Below are positions 1-12,603 of a stretch of 64,000 nt of DNA, piece after piece. Below the pieces are notes generated by a model. It did not search any database. It had not been told where the DNA came from and saw nothing but the letters and a program-made list of their open reading frames with translations. Origin of the DNA: an uncultured Gemmatimonadaceae bacterium (GTDB lineage Bacteria > Gemmatimonadota > Gemmatimonadetes > Gemmatimonadales > Gemmatimonadaceae); NCBI GenBank assembly GCA_963843845.1, contig CAWJMB010000002.1:2752001-2816000 (forward strand). Reading direction: 5' to 3'. Made by a program: the position numbers and the translations under genes. Within the stretch, counting starts at the first letter, position 1. Every line of letters starts with the position of its first letter.

Positions 1-1058
1 CAGGCGCCTCGCCGACGGCGCCCGTGCCGACGGTGCTCCGGGCCGGACGAACGAGTCGACGCCGTCACCGGCGCGGGTGCCGCGGACGGCGACGGCGTGG
101 CGGTCGCGGCCCGCGCGACGGAGAGCGTGTCGTCGTCGATCGACGCGTCCTCGAAGGCGACGGCGCGCGGCTTCGGCAGCGTGCTCGCGACTGGCGTCAG
201 CCGCTCCAGCAGCTCGCCCCCGTCGCGCCAGCGGCAGTCGGGGTCCTTCTCGATCGCCCCCTCGATGGCGCGGAGGAGGAACGTCGGAATGTCCGGGCGC
301 AGCGCGTCGAGCGCGGGCAGCCGCTCGTGCTGCTGCTTGTGGAGCACGCCGTAGAGCGTCTCGCCCTCCCACGGCCGCTGGCCGGCCAGCATCTCCCAGC
401 CGACGAGCCCGAGCGCGTAGACGTCGGCGCGCGCGTCGACCAGACGGCCGTCCACCTGCTCCGGCGCCATGTACGACGGCGTGCCGATCGCCGAGCCGAC
501 CGCGGTGAGCTGGGTGTCGACGTCGATGAGCCGGGCCACGCCGAAGTCGGCGAGCAGCACGCGGCCCGTGTGCTCCTCGATGAGGATGTTGTCCGGCTTG
601 ACGTCGCGATGCACGATGCGGCGCTCGTGCGCGTGGGCGAGGGCCGAGGCGATCTCGCGCAGCAGCGCCGTCGCCCGCTCGAACGGCAGCCTTCCCTCCC
701 GCCGCAGCGTCTCGCGGAGCGACTCGCCGCTGACGTACTCGCTCACGATCGCCGCGGGTCGCCCGTCGAGCGCCTCGACGTGCAGCACGCGGAGGATGCT
801 CGGGTGCTCGAGCGAGGCGACGGTGCGCGCCTCGCGCTCGAACCGGCGCCCCATCTCGTCGTCCCCGTCGGCGGCCCCCTTGAGCAGCTTCACCGCCACG
901 AGCCGCCCCGTCGCGACCTCGCGCGCGAGATACACGACCGACATCCCGCCGCGCCCGAGCTCGCGCTGGAACTCGTAGCGGTCGGTGAGGCGTCGAGCGT
1001 CGGGCTCGATGGCGTCGATCGGCAACACGGCAGACCTCGGGGGAGACGGTGTGCTCAT
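1..1058 (-). CDS. Serine/threonine protein kinase (Hanks type), 3' end runs off the window
   Basis: Manual minus-strand translation from ATG at 1058 gives ELGRGGMSVVYLA, VAVKLL, HRDVKPDNIL, LADFGVA and GTPSYMAPEQ. The + ORF 24..1064 is its antisense shadow. Confidence 0.93.
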   Translation of the reverse strand, partial: MSTPSPPRSAVLPIDAIEPDARRLTDRYEFQRELGRGGMSVVYLAREVATGRLVAVKLLKGAADGDDEMGRRFEREARTVASLEHPSILRVLHVEALDGRPAAIVSEYVSGESLRETLRREGRLPFERATALLREIASALAHAHERRIVHRDVKPDNILIEEHTGRVLLADFGVARLIDVDTQLTAVGSAIGTPSYMAPEQVDGRLVDARADVYALGLVGWEMLAGQRPWEGETLYGVLHKQQHERLPALDALRPDIPTFLLRAIEGAIEKDPDCRWRDGGELLERLTPVASTLPKPRAVAFEDASIDDDTLSVARAATATPSPSAAPAPVTASTRSSGPEHRRHGRRRRGA

Positions 1059-1073
1059 CAATAGCATCCGTCA

Positions 1074-2791
<1,718 letters not shown>

Positions 2792-3003
2792 GCGGCGAGC
2801 GCTCCGCGAGAGAGAGAGTGGTGCGGAAGATGTCGCCGCGGCCGGCGCGCGGGAACCGTTAGGCAGCCGCGGAGGGCCCGACTTGCGGCGGCGACCGCGA
2901 CGGGTACGTTCCGCTCTCCCCGCGACCTCCGTCCGCCCCGCGCCATGACCGACACCCCCGCCTCGCCGATCACGTCCGACGCCGTCCTCGCGGTCCGGAA
3001 CCG

Positions 3004-3489
3004 GTGAGCGCGCTCCTCGCCGCCTTCCTCTTCGGCGTCGTCGCCGGCTCGCGCTCGATGCTCGCGCCGGCCGCGGTGTCGTACGCGGCAGCGACCGGGC
3101 GCCTCGACGTCGACGGCACGTGGGCGCACTTCCTCGAGACGATGGTCGCCCACCTCGTCACCGTCGTGCTCGCGCTCGGCGAGCTGGTCGTCGACAAGCT
3201 TCCCTTCGCGCCGAGCCGCAAGGCGCCGGGCCCGTTCGCGGGGCGTGTGCTGAGCGGCGCGTTCTGCGGTGCCGTCGTCGGCACGGCCGCGGAGGGTGCG
3301 GCGCTCGGCGCCGCGGTCGGTGCGTTCGCCGGCGCGGCCGGCGCCGTGTGCGGCACGCTCGGGGGCTACGCGTTCCGCGTGGCGCTCGCGCGGCGCCTCG
3401 GGCGCGACCTGCCGGCGGCGCTCGTCGAGGACGGCGTCGCGATCGCGCTCGCCGTCGCGGCGGTCACCATCGTCGCGGCCTCGCGCTGA
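3004..3489 (+). CDS. DUF4126-like membrane protein
   Basis: Hydrophobic 161 aa ORF with [14 protein letters not shown] and ALVED motifs. Confidence 0.75.
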   Translation: MSALLAAFLFGVVAGSRSMLAPAAVSYAAATGRLDVDGTWAHFLETMVAHLVTVVLALGELVVDKLPFAPSRKAPGPFAGRVLSGAFCGAVVGTAAEGAALGAAVGAFAGAAGAVCGTLGGYAFRVALARRLGRDLPAALVEDGVAIALAVAAVTIVAASR

Positions 3490-3498
3490 CCCGCGGCG

Positions 3499-4962
3499 TC
3501 ACTCGACGCGGATCGCTCGCCACCGGCCCTGCCGGAATCGGAGCACGCTCAGCGTACACCGCGTCACGTGCCCCGTGAGGATCGCGAGCCAGATGTCCAT
3601 CGGGTCGAGCTGCGACGTGCGCTGCACGACGAAGCAGATGCCGAGCGGCACGACGATCTGCGAGACGATCGAGATGTAGAGCGGGCTCTTCGTGTCGCCC
3701 GTGCCCTGCAGCCCGCCGGTGTAGGTCAGCGCGACGGCGATGAACAGCCCCGACACGCTGAGCACGCGCAGCAGCTGCGTGCCGACCGAGAGCACGCCGT
3801 CGTCGGTTCATGCCGAACGCTCGCGAGCAGCTGCCGCGGCGAAGAAGAAGAAGGCGAGGCCGACGACCGCTGCGCCCGCCGAACGCGAAGCGCGCCGCGA
3901 CGTGCACCGCCGCCTCGCGCGCGGTCCGGCTGCCCGGCGCCGAGGTTCTGACCGGCGACCGCGGCGGCGGCGCCCATGAGCCCGACGACGTCCACGTGAT
4001 GAGCGAGAAGAGCTGCGAGTACGACACCGCGAACGCCGCCTGCGCCGCGGCGCTCTGCGCGAGCGAGCCGATGAACGCCAGCATCAGCACGCCGCCGACG
4101 TTCATCGCGATGCCCTGGATGCCGGTCGGCAGCCCGAACCGGAAGAGCGCGCGGATGATCGCCCAGTCGGGGCAGCAGCCGCGCGCCGCGCGGGAAGCGA
4201 CACGACCCACCCGCCGGCCCACAGCTTCCACAGCGCGTAGGTCGCGACGAGCCCCGAGGCGAGCACCGTCCCCATCGCCGCGCCGGCCGTGCCGAACGCC
4301 GGAATCGGTCCGAGCCCGCGGATCAGCACCACGTTGAACGCGACGTTCAGCACCGTCATCGCGATGCCCAGCACCATCGGCGTGCGCGCGTCGCCCGCCG
4401 AGCGCAGCGCGCCGCCGAGCATGAAGAACACGAGCATGCCGATGCTGAAGACGAACATGATGCGCAGGAACGGCAGCGCCTCCGCCTTCACCGCCGGCGC
4501 GGCGTTCACGAGGTCGAGCAGTGAGGGCGACGCGAAGTAGCCGATCGGCGCCATGACGACCAGCGCGAGCACGATCGCGGTGAGGAACGCCTGGTAGACG
4601 GTGCGGTCGACCTTCTCCTCGTCGCCGGCGCCGGCGAAGCGCGCGACGAGCACGCTCATGCCGGTGAACAGCGACGAGATGAACACGATGACGACGAGGA
4701 AGATCTGCCAGCTCACGCCGATCGCCGCGTTGCCCGGGTACCCGACGAGGTGGCCGACGAGCACGTGGTCGATGATCCCCTGCAGGCCGCCGATGACGTT
4801 CGTGAGCATCGTCGGCCACGCGATCTTCCACACGGCCGAGCGCAGCGGCCCTTCGATGATCGACCGGTCGAAGCGACGCGCGCCGGGACGAGCCGGCGGC
4901 ACAGCGGGTGCCGCAGTCGCCGCGAGCGCGGGCGCCGCAGCCGGACGGTCGGACGTGGTCAT
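3499..4962 (-). CDS. MATE family efflux transporter (frameshifted)
   Basis: IAWPTMLTN, GGALRSAGDARTPM, FGTAGAAMGT, GGLQGTGDTKSPL and RFRQGRW in consecutive frames. Confidence 0.88.
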
Positions 4963-5041
4963 GCGCGAAAGCCTGGGGACGCCTTCCGTACGGACGGCTG
5001 TGGGGTACAAACTATCATTCTGTCCCCCACACGCCCTCTAC

Positions 5042-5782
5042 ATGCGCATCTCCCGACTCAGGATCCTGACAGCGGTGTTCGCGGTTGCGCCGGCCGCGCC
5101 GGCCGCGTCGGCCGCGGCGCAGCAGGCGACCGTGACGCGTGCGTACGCCGGCGGCGACAGCGCGGGCATCGCGAAGGCGCGCGCCGATAGCCTCAAGTAC
5201 CCGTACACGGCCGCCGACGTGCGCTTCATGACGAACATGATCGGCCACCACGCGCAGGCCATCGTCATGTCGCGCATGGCGCCGTCGCACGGTGCGAGCG
5301 CGTCGGTCCAGACGCTCGCCGGCCGCATCATCAACGCGCAGCAAGACGAGATCGCGGCGATGCAGCGATGGCTGGCCGACCGGCGACAGCCGGTGCCGCA
5401 GCCCGCCGCCCTCGCGCCGCGGGGCGCGGCGGCGACCGGGCACGACGATCACATGAGCATGGCGATGGATCACGGCGCGATGAACGCCGCCGGGAGCGCG
5501 TCGGAGCATACGATGCCGATGGCGGGGATGCTCACCGCGGCCCAGCTCGCGCAGCTCGACTCGGCGCGCGGGCGCGAGTTCGACCGGCTCTTCCTCCAGT
5601 ACATGATCCAGCACCACTCGGGCGCCACGTCGATGGTGAAGGAGCTGTTCGACACGTACGGCGCCGGGCAGGACGAAACGATCTTCAAGTTCGCGTCCGA
5701 CGTGAACGTCGATCAGACGACCGAGATCGCGCGCATGCAGCGCATGCTCTTCACCGTGTTGTTCGAGCGCGCGACGCCCTGA
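5042..5782 (+). CDS. DUF305 domain secreted protein
   Basis: Signal peptide, ADVRFMTNMIGHHAQAIVMS and FDRLFLQYMIQHHSGA motifs. Confidence 0.88.
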   Translation: MRISRLRILTAVFAVAPAAPAASAAAQQATVTRAYAGGDSAGIAKARADSLKYPYTAADVRFMTNMIGHHAQAIVMSRMAPSHGASASVQTLAGRIINAQQDEIAAMQRWLADRRQPVPQPAALAPRGAAATGHDDHMSMAMDHGAMNAAGSASEHTMPMAGMLTAAQLAQLDSARGREFDRLFLQYMIQHHSGATSMVKELFDTYGAGQDETIFKFASDVNVDQTTEIARMQRMLFTVLFERATP

Positions 5783-5830
5783 GGTCGTCGCGCGCGGCAT
5801 CTCTCCCACCTCATCCACGCCAGAGACCCC

Positions 5831-7780
5831 ATGCTGTCTCGTACCACCGCTCGCGGACTGAGCCTCGCGGCACTCGCGCTCGCCGCCGCGCCGCTCGTCG
5901 CGCAGCCGTCAGCCCGACCCGCGCGTCGGCCTCAAGGCCGGCCTGAACGACGCCGGCGAAGCCATCTGGAACCTGAGGTCCTCTCCAAGACGCCGCCGTC
6001 GGAGAAGTTCGTCGGGAGCACGAATTCCGACCTCGCGTTCCGCGGGAACTACGTCATCCAGGGGAGCTACAACGGCTACCAGATCTGGGACATCTCGAAC
6101 CCGTCGGCCGTTCGGAACGTCGTCGCCAACTACTGCCCGGCGTCGCAGAGCGACGTCTCGGTCTACAAGAACCTGCTGTTCGTCTCCGCGGAGGGGAACA
6201 CGGGGCGGATCGACTGCGGCAACCAGGGCGTCAAGGACACCGTCAGCACCGACCGGATCAAGGGAATCCGGATCTTCGACATCACCGACATCACGAAGCC
6301 GCGCAACGTCGCGAACGTGCAGACGTGCCGCGGCTCGCACACGCACTCGGTGCTCGTCGACCCGAAGGACCCGGCCAACGTCTACGTCTACGTCTCGGGC
6401 TCGGCCGGCATCCGACCGGCGGCCGAGCTGTCGGGCTGCATCCGCGACGTGAAGGACGCCAACACCGCGGAGATGCGCCTCGAGGTCATCAAGGTGCCGC
6501 TCGCGAACCCCGAGCGCGCGGCGATCGTCTCGTCGCCGCGCGTGTTCAACAACCTCGCGGCGGTGCCGCGCCGCCGCTCGCAGGCGCCCGACGACCGCGC
6601 CGCGCTCGAGGCCGTGCGCGCGCGTGGCGGCTTCGTCGTCGAGGTCGGCGGCGAGCCGATGCAGCTCCCCGGCATGTACGTGCGCGTCATGCTCGACAGC
6701 ATCGTGAAGCTGCGCGGCGGCACCGGCGCGTCCGCCGCGACGGCGGCCGACAGCGCGGCGCTCCGCGAGCAGCTTCCGTCGATCATCGCCCGCATGATGG
6801 GCTCGCAGAGCGACGCGAGCGCGCAGCGCCCGGCGGTCACGCAGTGCCACGACGTCACGCTCCACCCGGGGCTCGGCCTCGCCGGCGGTGCGTGCGAGGG
6901 TTACGGGCTGCTGATCGACATCAGGAACCCCACGGCGCCGGTCCGCCTCGCCGCGGTCGCCGACACGAACTTCTCGTACTGGCACTCGGCGACGTTCAGC
7001 AACGACGGGAAGAAGGTGCTGTTCTCCGACGAGTGGGGCGGCGGCGGCGCGCCGAAGTGCCGTGCGTCCGACCCGAAGGAGTGGGGCGCCGACGCGATCT
7101 ACTCGATCGACAACGGCCGGATGACCTTCCAGGGCTACTACAAGCTCCCGGCCGCGCAGACGGACAAGGAGAACTGCGTCGCGCACAACGGCTCGCTCAT
7201 CCCGATCCCGGGGCGCGACGTCATGGTGCAGGCGTTCTATCAGGGCGGCATCACGGTGTTCGACTGGACGGACCCGAAGAACGTGAAGGAGATCGCGTTC
7301 TTCGACCGTGGCCCGATCGATTCGACGCGCTTCACGAGCGGCGGCTCGTGGTCGGTCTACTGGTACAACGGCAAGCTCGTGAGCTCCGAGATCGCCCGCG
7401 GCCTCGACATCTTCGAGCTGACGCCGAGCGACTGGCTGTCGCAGAACGAGATCGACGCGGCGAACACGGTGAAGCTCGAGTACCTCAATACGCAGGGGCA
7501 GCCGACGTACGTCTGGCCGCCGTCGTTCGCGAAGTCGCGTGCCTTCGTCGATCAGCTCGAGCGGTCGCGCGGGCTGACGGCCGATCGGATCTCGGCGGTG
7601 CGGAGCGCGCTGCAGAGCGCGGAGGGCGCGTCGGGCGCGGCTCGGCGCAGCGCGCTGACCCGTCTCGCGACGCAGATCGACGCCGACGCGCGCGGGTCGG
7701 GCGACATGGCGAAGGTGCAGATGCTCGCCGCCTCGGTGCGCGAGCTGGCGACCGGCACGGGGACGCGCGTCTCGAAGTGA
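5831..7780 (+). CDS. LVIVD-repeat-type secreted protein
   Basis: Signal peptide, NSDLAF, QTCRGSHTH, CHDVT, YWHSATF, ENCVAHNG. This family usually partners DUF305. Confidence 0.8.
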   Translation: MLSRTTARGLSLAALALAAAPLVAQPSARPARRPQGRPERRRRSHLEPEVLSKTPPSEKFVGSTNSDLAFRGNYVIQGSYNGYQIWDISNPSAVRNVVANYCPASQSDVSVYKNLLFVSAEGNTGRIDCGNQGVKDTVSTDRIKGIRIFDITDITKPRNVANVQTCRGSHTHSVLVDPKDPANVYVYVSGSAGIRPAAELSGCIRDVKDANTAEMRLEVIKVPLANPERAAIVSSPRVFNNLAAVPRRRSQAPDDRAALEAVRARGGFVVEVGGEPMQLPGMYVRVMLDSIVKLRGGTGASAATAADSAALREQLPSIIARMMGSQSDASAQRPAVTQCHDVTLHPGLGLAGGACEGYGLLIDIRNPTAPVRLAAVADTNFSYWHSATFSNDGKKVLFSDEWGGGGAPKCRASDPKEWGADAIYSIDNGRMTFQGYYKLPAAQTDKENCVAHNGSLIPIPGRDVMVQAFYQGGITVFDWTDPKNVKEIAFFDRGPIDSTRFTSGGSWSVYWYNGKLVSSEIARGLDIFELTPSDWLSQNEIDAANTVKLEYLNTQGQPTYVWPPSFAKSRAFVDQLERSRGLTADRISAVRSALQSAEGASGAARRSALTRLATQIDADARGSGDMAKVQMLAASVRELATGTGTRVSK

Positions 7781-7804
7781 TCGTCGGCGTCACGGCGCAG
7801 GAAT

Positions 7805-7843
7805 GACGGGGGGCCGCGGACGGATCGTCCGCGGCCCCTCGTC
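7805..7843 (+). terminator. GC-rich hairpin, possible terminator
   Basis: GACGGGGGGCCGCGGACG-gat-CGTCCGCGGCCCCTCGTC inverted repeat just after the stop. No U-tract. Confidence 0.55.
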
Positions 7844-7984
7844 GCGTGGAGCACGCTGTGGCATCGCCGCTACAGCTGCGGCCCAAAAAAGTGATGGCCG
7901 CCATCCCCGGAGGATGGTATTGTTGTGCCCGTTCGCCGAATGCCGCCGCCGTTGGATGTACTGACCCGCACCCTGGTTCTCACA

Positions 7985-9130
7985 ATGAAGCCGACCCGTC
8001 GTCGCACCGTTCCTCATCAGATCTGGGCCGCCGTGGTCCCCTTCGCGGCGACAGGCGTCGCGCACGCACAGGTCACCTACATGCGCGCCGCCGCGACGAA
8101 GCAGCTCGGCGCGAGCCCGGCGCAGACGTTCGAGCAGGTGTACGACCCGGCCAACGGCATGTTCTCGGATCCGGTCGACGTCCTCGATTTCGACTTCGAC
8201 ATGGACGGGAACAACAGCGGCATCCACACGTACGGCTCGACGACCGGCGACTTCGGCAGCCGCTCGTCGGGAACGCGGGTCTACGCGATCACCGGCGACT
8301 ATCTGATCCGCCAGACGTTCACGAACCCGTTCACGACCGCGCAGAACGTCGCCTTCAACTTCTACATCAATCCCGGCACGATCCAGAACTACGCGCCCGG
8401 TGTGCTGACGGGGAGCGAGTTCGTGACGGCGGGGATCGCGTTCAACATCCGGCGCGACGGAACGTCGGTCTTCAGCAGCGACGCGACGCTGACGACGAAC
8501 GCGTCGGGTACGACGTACGTGCAGAACGGCGAGAACCTCTACACGCCGCAGCCCGCACCGGCCGGCGCCCCGTCGACGACGTACAACATCAACGGCGGCG
8601 CCCGGACGGTGTCGCTCGGCATGCTCGACGGGCTGGCATCGCTCACGCTCGAGTACACCCTCTCGACGTTCGCGAGCGGCAACCTGCCGGGTCGGACGTT
8701 CTTCGTGCCGGCGCAGACGTTCGTCGTGCCCGATCACTACATCGAGTTCTGCTGCGGCGGCGGATACGGCTACGGTGGATACGGTTGCAACCTCGCCGCG
8801 GCGCTCGTGAGCAACGAGTTCGGCGGTGCCGCGGTCGCTGCCAACGATTGCGCGCAGTTCGTGCCCGGCACGACGGTGACGATCGAGGAGCACTTCGTCG
8901 ACGGCGCGCCCGGCAGCTCGCACGCCAGCTCGGGCGACCCGTTCACGTTCGACGTCGACGGCCGCGTCATCGGCGACGGGAACAACAGCGCCGACCCGGT
9001 CGGCACGTCGTTCGTGACGTCCGCCGCGACCGTGCCGGAGCCGGCGACGATCGGGCTCACGATGAGCGGGCTGGCGATCATCGGCTTCGCCGCACGACGC
9101 CGTCGCCGCGTGAAGGTGACGTTCGGCTGA
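7985..9130 (+). CDS. PEP-CTERM sorting domain protein
   Basis: Signal peptide, then C-terminal VPEPATIGL + TM helix + RRRRR. Confidence 0.88.
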   Translation: MKPTRRRTVPHQIWAAVVPFAATGVAHAQVTYMRAAATKQLGASPAQTFEQVYDPANGMFSDPVDVLDFDFDMDGNNSGIHTYGSTTGDFGSRSSGTRVYAITGDYLIRQTFTNPFTTAQNVAFNFYINPGTIQNYAPGVLTGSEFVTAGIAFNIRRDGTSVFSSDATLTTNASGTTYVQNGENLYTPQPAPAGAPSTTYNINGGARTVSLGMLDGLASLTLEYTLSTFASGNLPGRTFFVPAQTFVVPDHYIEFCCGGGYGYGGYGCNLAAALVSNEFGGAAVAANDCAQFVPGTTVTIEEHFVDGAPGSSHASSGDPFTFDVDGRVIGDGNNSADPVGTSFVTSAATVPEPATIGLTMSGLAIIGFAARRRRRVKVTFG

Positions 9131-9160
9131 ACGACGCGCTGCGCGGTCCTGCCGTGCGCG

Positions 9161-9200
9161 ACGCGGGCCCGGGACTCGTCCCGGGCCCGCGTTCCGTTTT
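9161..9200 (+). terminator. Rho-independent terminator-like hairpin between convergent genes
   Basis: ACGCGGGCCCGGGAC-tc-GTCCCGGGCCCGCGT followed by TCCGTTTT. Confidence 0.7.
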
Positions 9201-9259
9201 CGCCGAGCCTGCCGAGCGCCTGTCCGACGGGTGCCGGTCGCGCGGTCGACGGCGCCTGC

Positions 9260-10459
9260 CTAACGCAGCGTACTCTCCGCCGCGTCCGCGATCTCTGCGG
9301 TCTGCCGTTCCTGCGTGTAGCCGGCGTGCGCGGTCGCGAAGTCGTGCGCGCGGGCGCGGAACGCCGGCTCGTCGAGCAGGCGGCGCACGAGTGCCGGCCA
9401 GTCGGCGGGGCGCGGCCGCAGCGCCGCGTTCAGCCCGTAGCCGCCCCGCTCGACGTTGCGTGAGATCAGGAACTGCTCGGTCTGCATCGGCAGCAGCAGC
9501 AGGGGCACGCCGTGCAGGAGGGCGTGCGCGATCGTCGCCTCGCCACCGTGTCCGACACACAGCGCGCATCCGTCGAGCGCGGTGAACAGGTCGACCGGGC
9601 GGCGCGCGTAGCGAATGCGCGGCGAGACGACGGGGGTCGGTTTTCCGGCCGCGACCTCAGGCATGTAGCAGAGTGTCCGCGCCCCCGCCCCGGCGAGCGC
9701 CGTCAGCACCGCCGCCGAGTCCGGGTGCTGACCGCGCAGATACGCGAACACCTTCGGGCCGTCGCACTCCGGCCACCGCCCCGGCTCGCCGCTCCGATCG
9801 CCGAGGCTCGGTCCGGAGAAGTGAACGCGCTCGGTGACGTCGCGCGTGTAGTGGTCGATCTCGGGCCACGTGCAGAGCACGGGCCGGTCGCCGCGGAACA
9901 GCTGTGCGAGGCGGTCGAACGGCCGCGCGCCGTACTCCGCGAGCACGTCGGTCACGCTCTGCGACACGCGTGATTCCGCATACTCGAGGCGCCCAGCCGC
10001 GATCGGCTCCCAGTCGAGGAACGCCGGCATCGGTGCCTGGTCCGGGGGAAGGAAGAATCCGATCCCGGCGGTCGTCGTCGGCACGTCGAGCGCGCGCGCC
10101 GCGACGAGCGCGCTCGGCGAGTAGTCGCAGACGAGCGCGTCGGCCCCGAGCAGGCGGATGAGGTTCGCCCACCCGGCGACGAGCCCGCGCAGCGCGTTCG
10201 CGTCGAGGTAGCCTAACGCCAACAGGATCTCGGCCATCGACGCCTGCACCTTCGGGACGCCGACGGTGTTGTGCAGCCACACCGGCGCCTGATAGCGCGG
10301 CACGTCGAGATCGCGCAGCAGCACATCCGTCTGTACGAGGTCGCGCAGCACGAGCGAGACGCGGTGCCCGCGCCGGACGAGCTCGCGCGCGACCGGCTTC
10401 AATCGCCCGGCGTGTCCGAGCCCGCCGCCCAGCTCCCACGTCAGAACGAAATGGCTCAT
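9260..10459 (-). CDS. GT-B fold glycosyltransferase (GT1/GT28-like)
   Basis: WELGGGLGH N-terminal motif and VGHGGEAT...GVPLLLLPMQTEQ C-terminal motif. Confidence 0.85.
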   Translation of the reverse strand: MSHFVLTWELGGGLGHAGRLKPVARELVRRGHRVSLVLRDLVQTDVLLRDLDVPRYQAPVWLHNTVGVPKVQASMAEILLALGYLDANALRGLVAGWANLIRLLGADALVCDYSPSALVAARALDVPTTTAGIGFFLPPDQAPMPAFLDWEPIAAGRLEYAESRVSQSVTDVLAEYGARPFDRLAQLFRGDRPVLCTWPEIDHYTRDVTERVHFSGPSLGDRSGEPGRWPECDGPKVFAYLRGQHPDSAAVLTALAGAGARTLCYMPEVAAGKPTPVVSPRIRYARRPVDLFTALDGCALCVGHGGEATIAHALLHGVPLLLLPMQTEQFLISRNVERGGYGLNAALRPRPADWPALVRRLLDEPAFRARAHDFATAHAGYTQERQTAEIADAAESTLR

Positions 10460-10477
10460 GAAGGCCGGGGATCCCCG

Positions 10478-12543
10478 TCAGCTACGCGACCAGATGCCGC
10501 AACACCTCTGCGACGCTCCACGCCTGCGCCACGCAGCCGCGCGGCGTGTACGGCGCCTCGGCGTCGAAGACCTCGGCGATCGAGCCGACGCCGAATGCGC
10601 CGAGGTGGTCGAGCAGTGCGTCGAGCCGGCGGCGGGCGCCGTCGAGGTCGTCGGGATGCACCTTGCGCCACGCGTCGACGCCACGGGCCGATCAGCCAGC
10701 CCCACACCGTTCCCTGGTGATACGCGGCGTCGCGCGTCGCGCAGCGACGCCGAAATAGTGCGGCGCGTAGTTCGCGCTGCCGGGCGCGAGCGAGCGCAGC
10801 CCGTAGGGGCGTGACCAGCGCGTCTTCGACGACGCCGAGCACACTCGCCCAGCGGGCTTCGGTCGAGCACCGCGTGCGGCAGCGAGATCGCGAGCACCTG
10901 GTTCGGCCGGCATTCGCTGCCGCTCGTCGCCGTCCGGCGCCGTCGACCACGTCGTAGAGATAGCCGCCCGCGTCGTACCAGAACCGCGCGTTGAACGACT
11001 CGCGTGCGCGCGCCGCGTGCTCGGCCACAGCGCGCGGCCGTCAGCCGCGGGTCGCGAACGCGTCGCGTCCAGCCGGCCAGCACGCAGAGCGCGTTGTACC
11101 AGAGTGCGTTGATCTCGACCGGCTTGCCGCGGCGCGGCGTCACCACCCAGCCGTCGCACTTCGCATCCATCCAGGTCAGCTGGTAACCCGTCCGGCACCC
11201 TGGCGCAGCAGGCCGTCGGCGGGATCGACGCCGATGCCGAAGCGCGTGCCCGCGAGGTGGCGCTCGACGATGCCGATCATCGATCGGCAGCAGCCGCTCG
11301 ACCAGCGCGTCGTCGCCGGTGACGCTGCGCGTAGCGATCGAGCGCGTGGAAGAACCAGAGCGTCGCGTCGGCGGTGTGGTAGAGGCCCTCGTTGCTGCCG
11401 TCGGGAAACATGTTCGGCAGCAGCCCGTCGCGAACGTAGTGCGCGAAGGTGCGCAGGATGCTGCGCCGCCTCGCGCACGCGGCCCGTCGTCAAGCGTCAG
11501 TCCTTCGAGGCTGATCATCGTGTCGCGGCCCCAGTCGGTGAACCAGTGATAGCCGGCGATCACGCTGCGCAGACTCGTCGCCTTCGGCGACGGCGCGCGC
11601 GGCGTCGCGGTGGCGGCCCGCCGGGGTGATCACGAACTGGTCGGCGGCGAGCACGAGCTCGGCGCCGGCGCCTCGCTGCGAACGGCGCGGCGACGGGCGC
11701 AGCAGCCGCCGGCGGCGCTCGCTGCTCGGCCCAGAGCGCCTCGTCCGGCGACATCGCGAGCATCGTCTCCGACGCGACTCGCGTCGACGCGACCAGCGCG
11801 GCCCCGCCGCCAGGCGAGAGCTGGACCGAGAGCGTGCCGGGGCTCCACAGCGCGCCCTCGTGACGCGTAGCCGCGAGTCCTGCTCGACCCGGTAATGCAG
11901 CTCGGCGTGCTCGCACGGGTCCTGGACGAACTGCTGATCCGCGCCGTAGAGCTTGAGCCGCAGCGTCGCCGGGCCGTCGTCGCAGGTGATCTCGTGAACG
12001 TCGCCCAACGAGAGGCGATAGTTCGACTGCATCGGCGTCGTGACCTCCGCCTCGTAGCCGCGAAAGTGCACGGCGGGGCGCAGCTCGAGCCGCACGTCGC
12101 CCGACCCGTGCAGCAGGCGGTAGAGAACGAACGTGGTGTTCTGGCGGTGTGGCATGAGCACCCGCCGCTCGAGCAGCGCGTCGCCGACGGTGAACTCCCA
12201 CACCGGCATGCCTGCCTCGAGGCGGAAGTCGTGCAGGTGGTCGAAGCCCGGCAGCGACAGACGGTTCCCGGTGCGCTCCTCGCCGGTGAGCTGGATGCGC
12301 GTGCCGTCGGCGAGTGCGACGCACTCGACGACGTGATTCAGCAGCACCGTGCGCCCGATCGGGTTCGGCAGCGCGGCGACGAGCAGGCCGTGGTACTTCC
12401 GCGTCAGCGATCCCGGCACGCTCGCCGACGCGTAGCCGCCGAGTCCGTTCGTGACGAGCCATTCCTGCTGTAACAGCGATTCCGCGGTCGCGGCGAGTTC
12501 CGGGGCGACGCCGGCGAACGACGGAGTCGAGAATGTCGGGCAT
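10478..12543 (-). CDS. Amylo-alpha-1,6-glucosidase / glycogen debranching enzyme (frameshifted)
   Basis: EWLVTNGLGGYAS, RKYHGLL, IAGYHWFTDWGRDTMISLEGL, QLTWMDAK, GKPVEINALWYNAL, AYHQGTVWGWL. Confidence 0.9.
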
Positions 12544-12547
12544 GCGA

Positions 12548-12602
12548 TCGTGAGGCAGTCGTGAGGCAGTCGTGAGGCAGTCGTGAGGCAGTCGTGAGGC
12601 AC
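12548..12602. repeat. 11-bp tandem repeat (TCGTGAGGCAG)x5, intergenic
   Basis: Read directly. It fills the gap between the treZ stop and the debranching-enzyme start. Confidence 0.95.
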
Positions 12603-12603
12603 G

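Noticed and set aside
24..1064. Plus-strand 346-aa ORF and many similar Arg/Ala-rich ORFs
   Set aside because: Antisense or off-frame shadows of real genes.
12548..12602. Possible CRISPR array (also the repeats at 30722-30797 and 43422-43461)
   Set aside because: The units are too short, there are no regular unique spacers, and no cas genes were seen.
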